From positions 1-26,585 of the forward strand of contig JAWBDT010000021.1 in NCBI GenBank assembly GCA_038821645.1: a DNA stretch of 26,585 nt, read 5' to 3'. Below the pieces are notes generated by a model, which made no database searches, was not told the origin of the DNA, and saw only the letters and a program-made list of their open reading frames with translations. This stretch comes from Ignisphaera sp. (GTDB taxonomy: Archaea > Thermoproteota > Thermoprotei_A > Sulfolobales > Ignisphaeraceae). Within the stretch, counting starts at the first letter, position 1. Every line of letters begins with the position of its first letter. Position numbers and translations under genes: made by a program. Below are positions 25,482-26,585 of this stretch, one piece after another.

Positions 25482-26585
25482 TCATGTCCCTATTTCTTTT
25501 AGAATATTTTGTATGAGTATCTCTAGCTTTTTCAATTCATCTTGATCTGGAATAGATTTTGTTTCAACTATAGGTTCTATAATTTTGAATCCAGCTTTTG
25601 TAGCCAAATCTACTGCATATCTAGCTGTTGGAGCCCATGAATATGTATTGACTATAGCTATACTCCTTCCTCTACCAATTTGTTTCAACTGGAATAGAGA
25701 CAATAAATTCTCCATGTATGGAAATATGCCTGAATCGTAAGAAGGATAAACAGCAATTACAACATAAGCTTCAACAACATCAGACAATATATAGGATGGA
25801 TGAGATAACGATACATCATGAACTATTAGCTTAATCCCTACATTACCTAATTCTCTAGATATCTTCTCAACAATTGCCTCACTTCTTCCATACATTGATC
25901 CATAGACTAAGACTACTCTATCTTTCTCTAGCTCAGGTTTAGACCACTTTCTATAAAGCTCTATAATTCTATTAATGTTCGATCTATATATAGGACCGTG
26001 CGATGGAGCTAAAACCTTTATTTCTAGGTTTTTCAGTTTCTCTAGAGTCTCCATAACGTTTTTAGTGTACTTGATAACTATGTTTGAGAAATACCTTCTG
26101 GCTTCCTCTAGATAGAAATCCATATCAAGTTCATCATCAAATATATTTGTACGTAAAGCTCCATAACTACCAAAGGCATCACATGAAAACAGTATCCTAT
26201 CTTCTTCAATATAGGTAACCATAGTTTCAGGCCAATGAAGCCACGGAGTATATATAAACCTTAGGGTCTTTCCGCCTAAGGTAATTCTATCGCTATCTCT
26301 AACAATATGTATTCTACCTTCTGGTATCCTATAGATAGATTTTAGAATCTTGCTACCAATAGGTGTTGTCACAACCTTTGTTTGAGGCATAACATCTAGA
26401 ACATGAGGTGTGGCTCCATGGTGATCTGGCTCTAAATGGTTAATAACTATGTATCGAATTCTATCAAAATCTTTAACAACTTCTTTAACCTTACCTAGAT
26501 ACTCATATGTATACCTCTCATCAACTGTATCAATAAGTGCAACAGCATCACTACCTATTACAGCATAAGCATTATACGATATACC
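25482..26585 (-). CDS. fprA: Flavodiiron (FprA/A-type flavoprotein) O2/NO reductase, 5'-truncated by window edge
   Basis: The frame is open to the window end: GISYNAY...ALIDTV...NHLEPDHHG, then PWLHWPETM, LFSCDAFG, APSHGP and flavodoxin motif YGSMYGRSE. Confidence 0.93.
   Translation of the reverse strand, partial: GISYNAYAVIGSDAVALIDTVDERYTYEYLGKVKEVVKDFDRIRYIVINHLEPDHHGATPHVLDVMPQTKVVTTPIGSKILKSIYRIPEGRIHIVRDSDRITLGGKTLRFIYTPWLHWPETMVTYIEEDRILFSCDAFGSYGALRTNIFDDELDMDFYLEEARRYFSNIVIKYTKNVMETLEKLKNLEIKVLAPSHGPIYRSNINRIIELYRKWSKPELEKDRVVLVYGSMYGRSEAIVEKISRELGNVGIKLIVHDVSLSHPSYILSDVVEAYVVIAVYPSYDSGIFPYMENLLSLFQLKQIGRGRSIAIVNTYSWAPTARYAVDLATKAGFKIIEPIVETKSIPDQDELKKLEILIQNILKEIGT

Noticed and set aside
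1-26585. Mobile element, provirus, tRNA or rRNA
   Set aside because: No transposase or integrase ORF, terminal repeats, cloverleaf or GC-rich structural RNA island was seen.

Overview
AT-rich archaeal chromosomal DNA. GGTGA/GAGGT Shine-Dalgarno sites, TATA/BRE-like promoters and crenarchaeal gene families suggest a Desulfurococcales/Ignisphaera-like fermentative thermophile (inference). The left half holds housekeeping and poorly characterised genes: dcd (partial), AMMECR1, Mut7-C RNase, RNase HII, DUF354, phosphohexomutase, Trm112, DUF2153, a GT39/PMT-like glycosyltransferase, a pyruvoyl decarboxylase of the arginine-decarboxylase type, a CRISPR-less Cas4, DUF1152, TIP49/RuvB-like ATPase, Fe-ADH and an orphan CitG. 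The right half is a complete 13-gene Mrp-linked group 4 [NiFe]-hydrogenase (Mbh-type) operon in a permuted gene order, followed by DUF2148, a degenerate PD-(D/E)xK protein and a partial flavodiiron protein. Reading outside the ORF track revealed: two box C/D guide sRNA candidates, one directly downstream of the TIP49 operon; a probable CTG start codon for Trm112; a 10-bp tandem duplication whose removal would fuse hydrogenase subunits J and K in frame; and several intergenic repeats or operator-like palindromes. No CRISPR array, tRNA, rRNA or transposase was seen. All family assignments come from motif recognition, not database searches.
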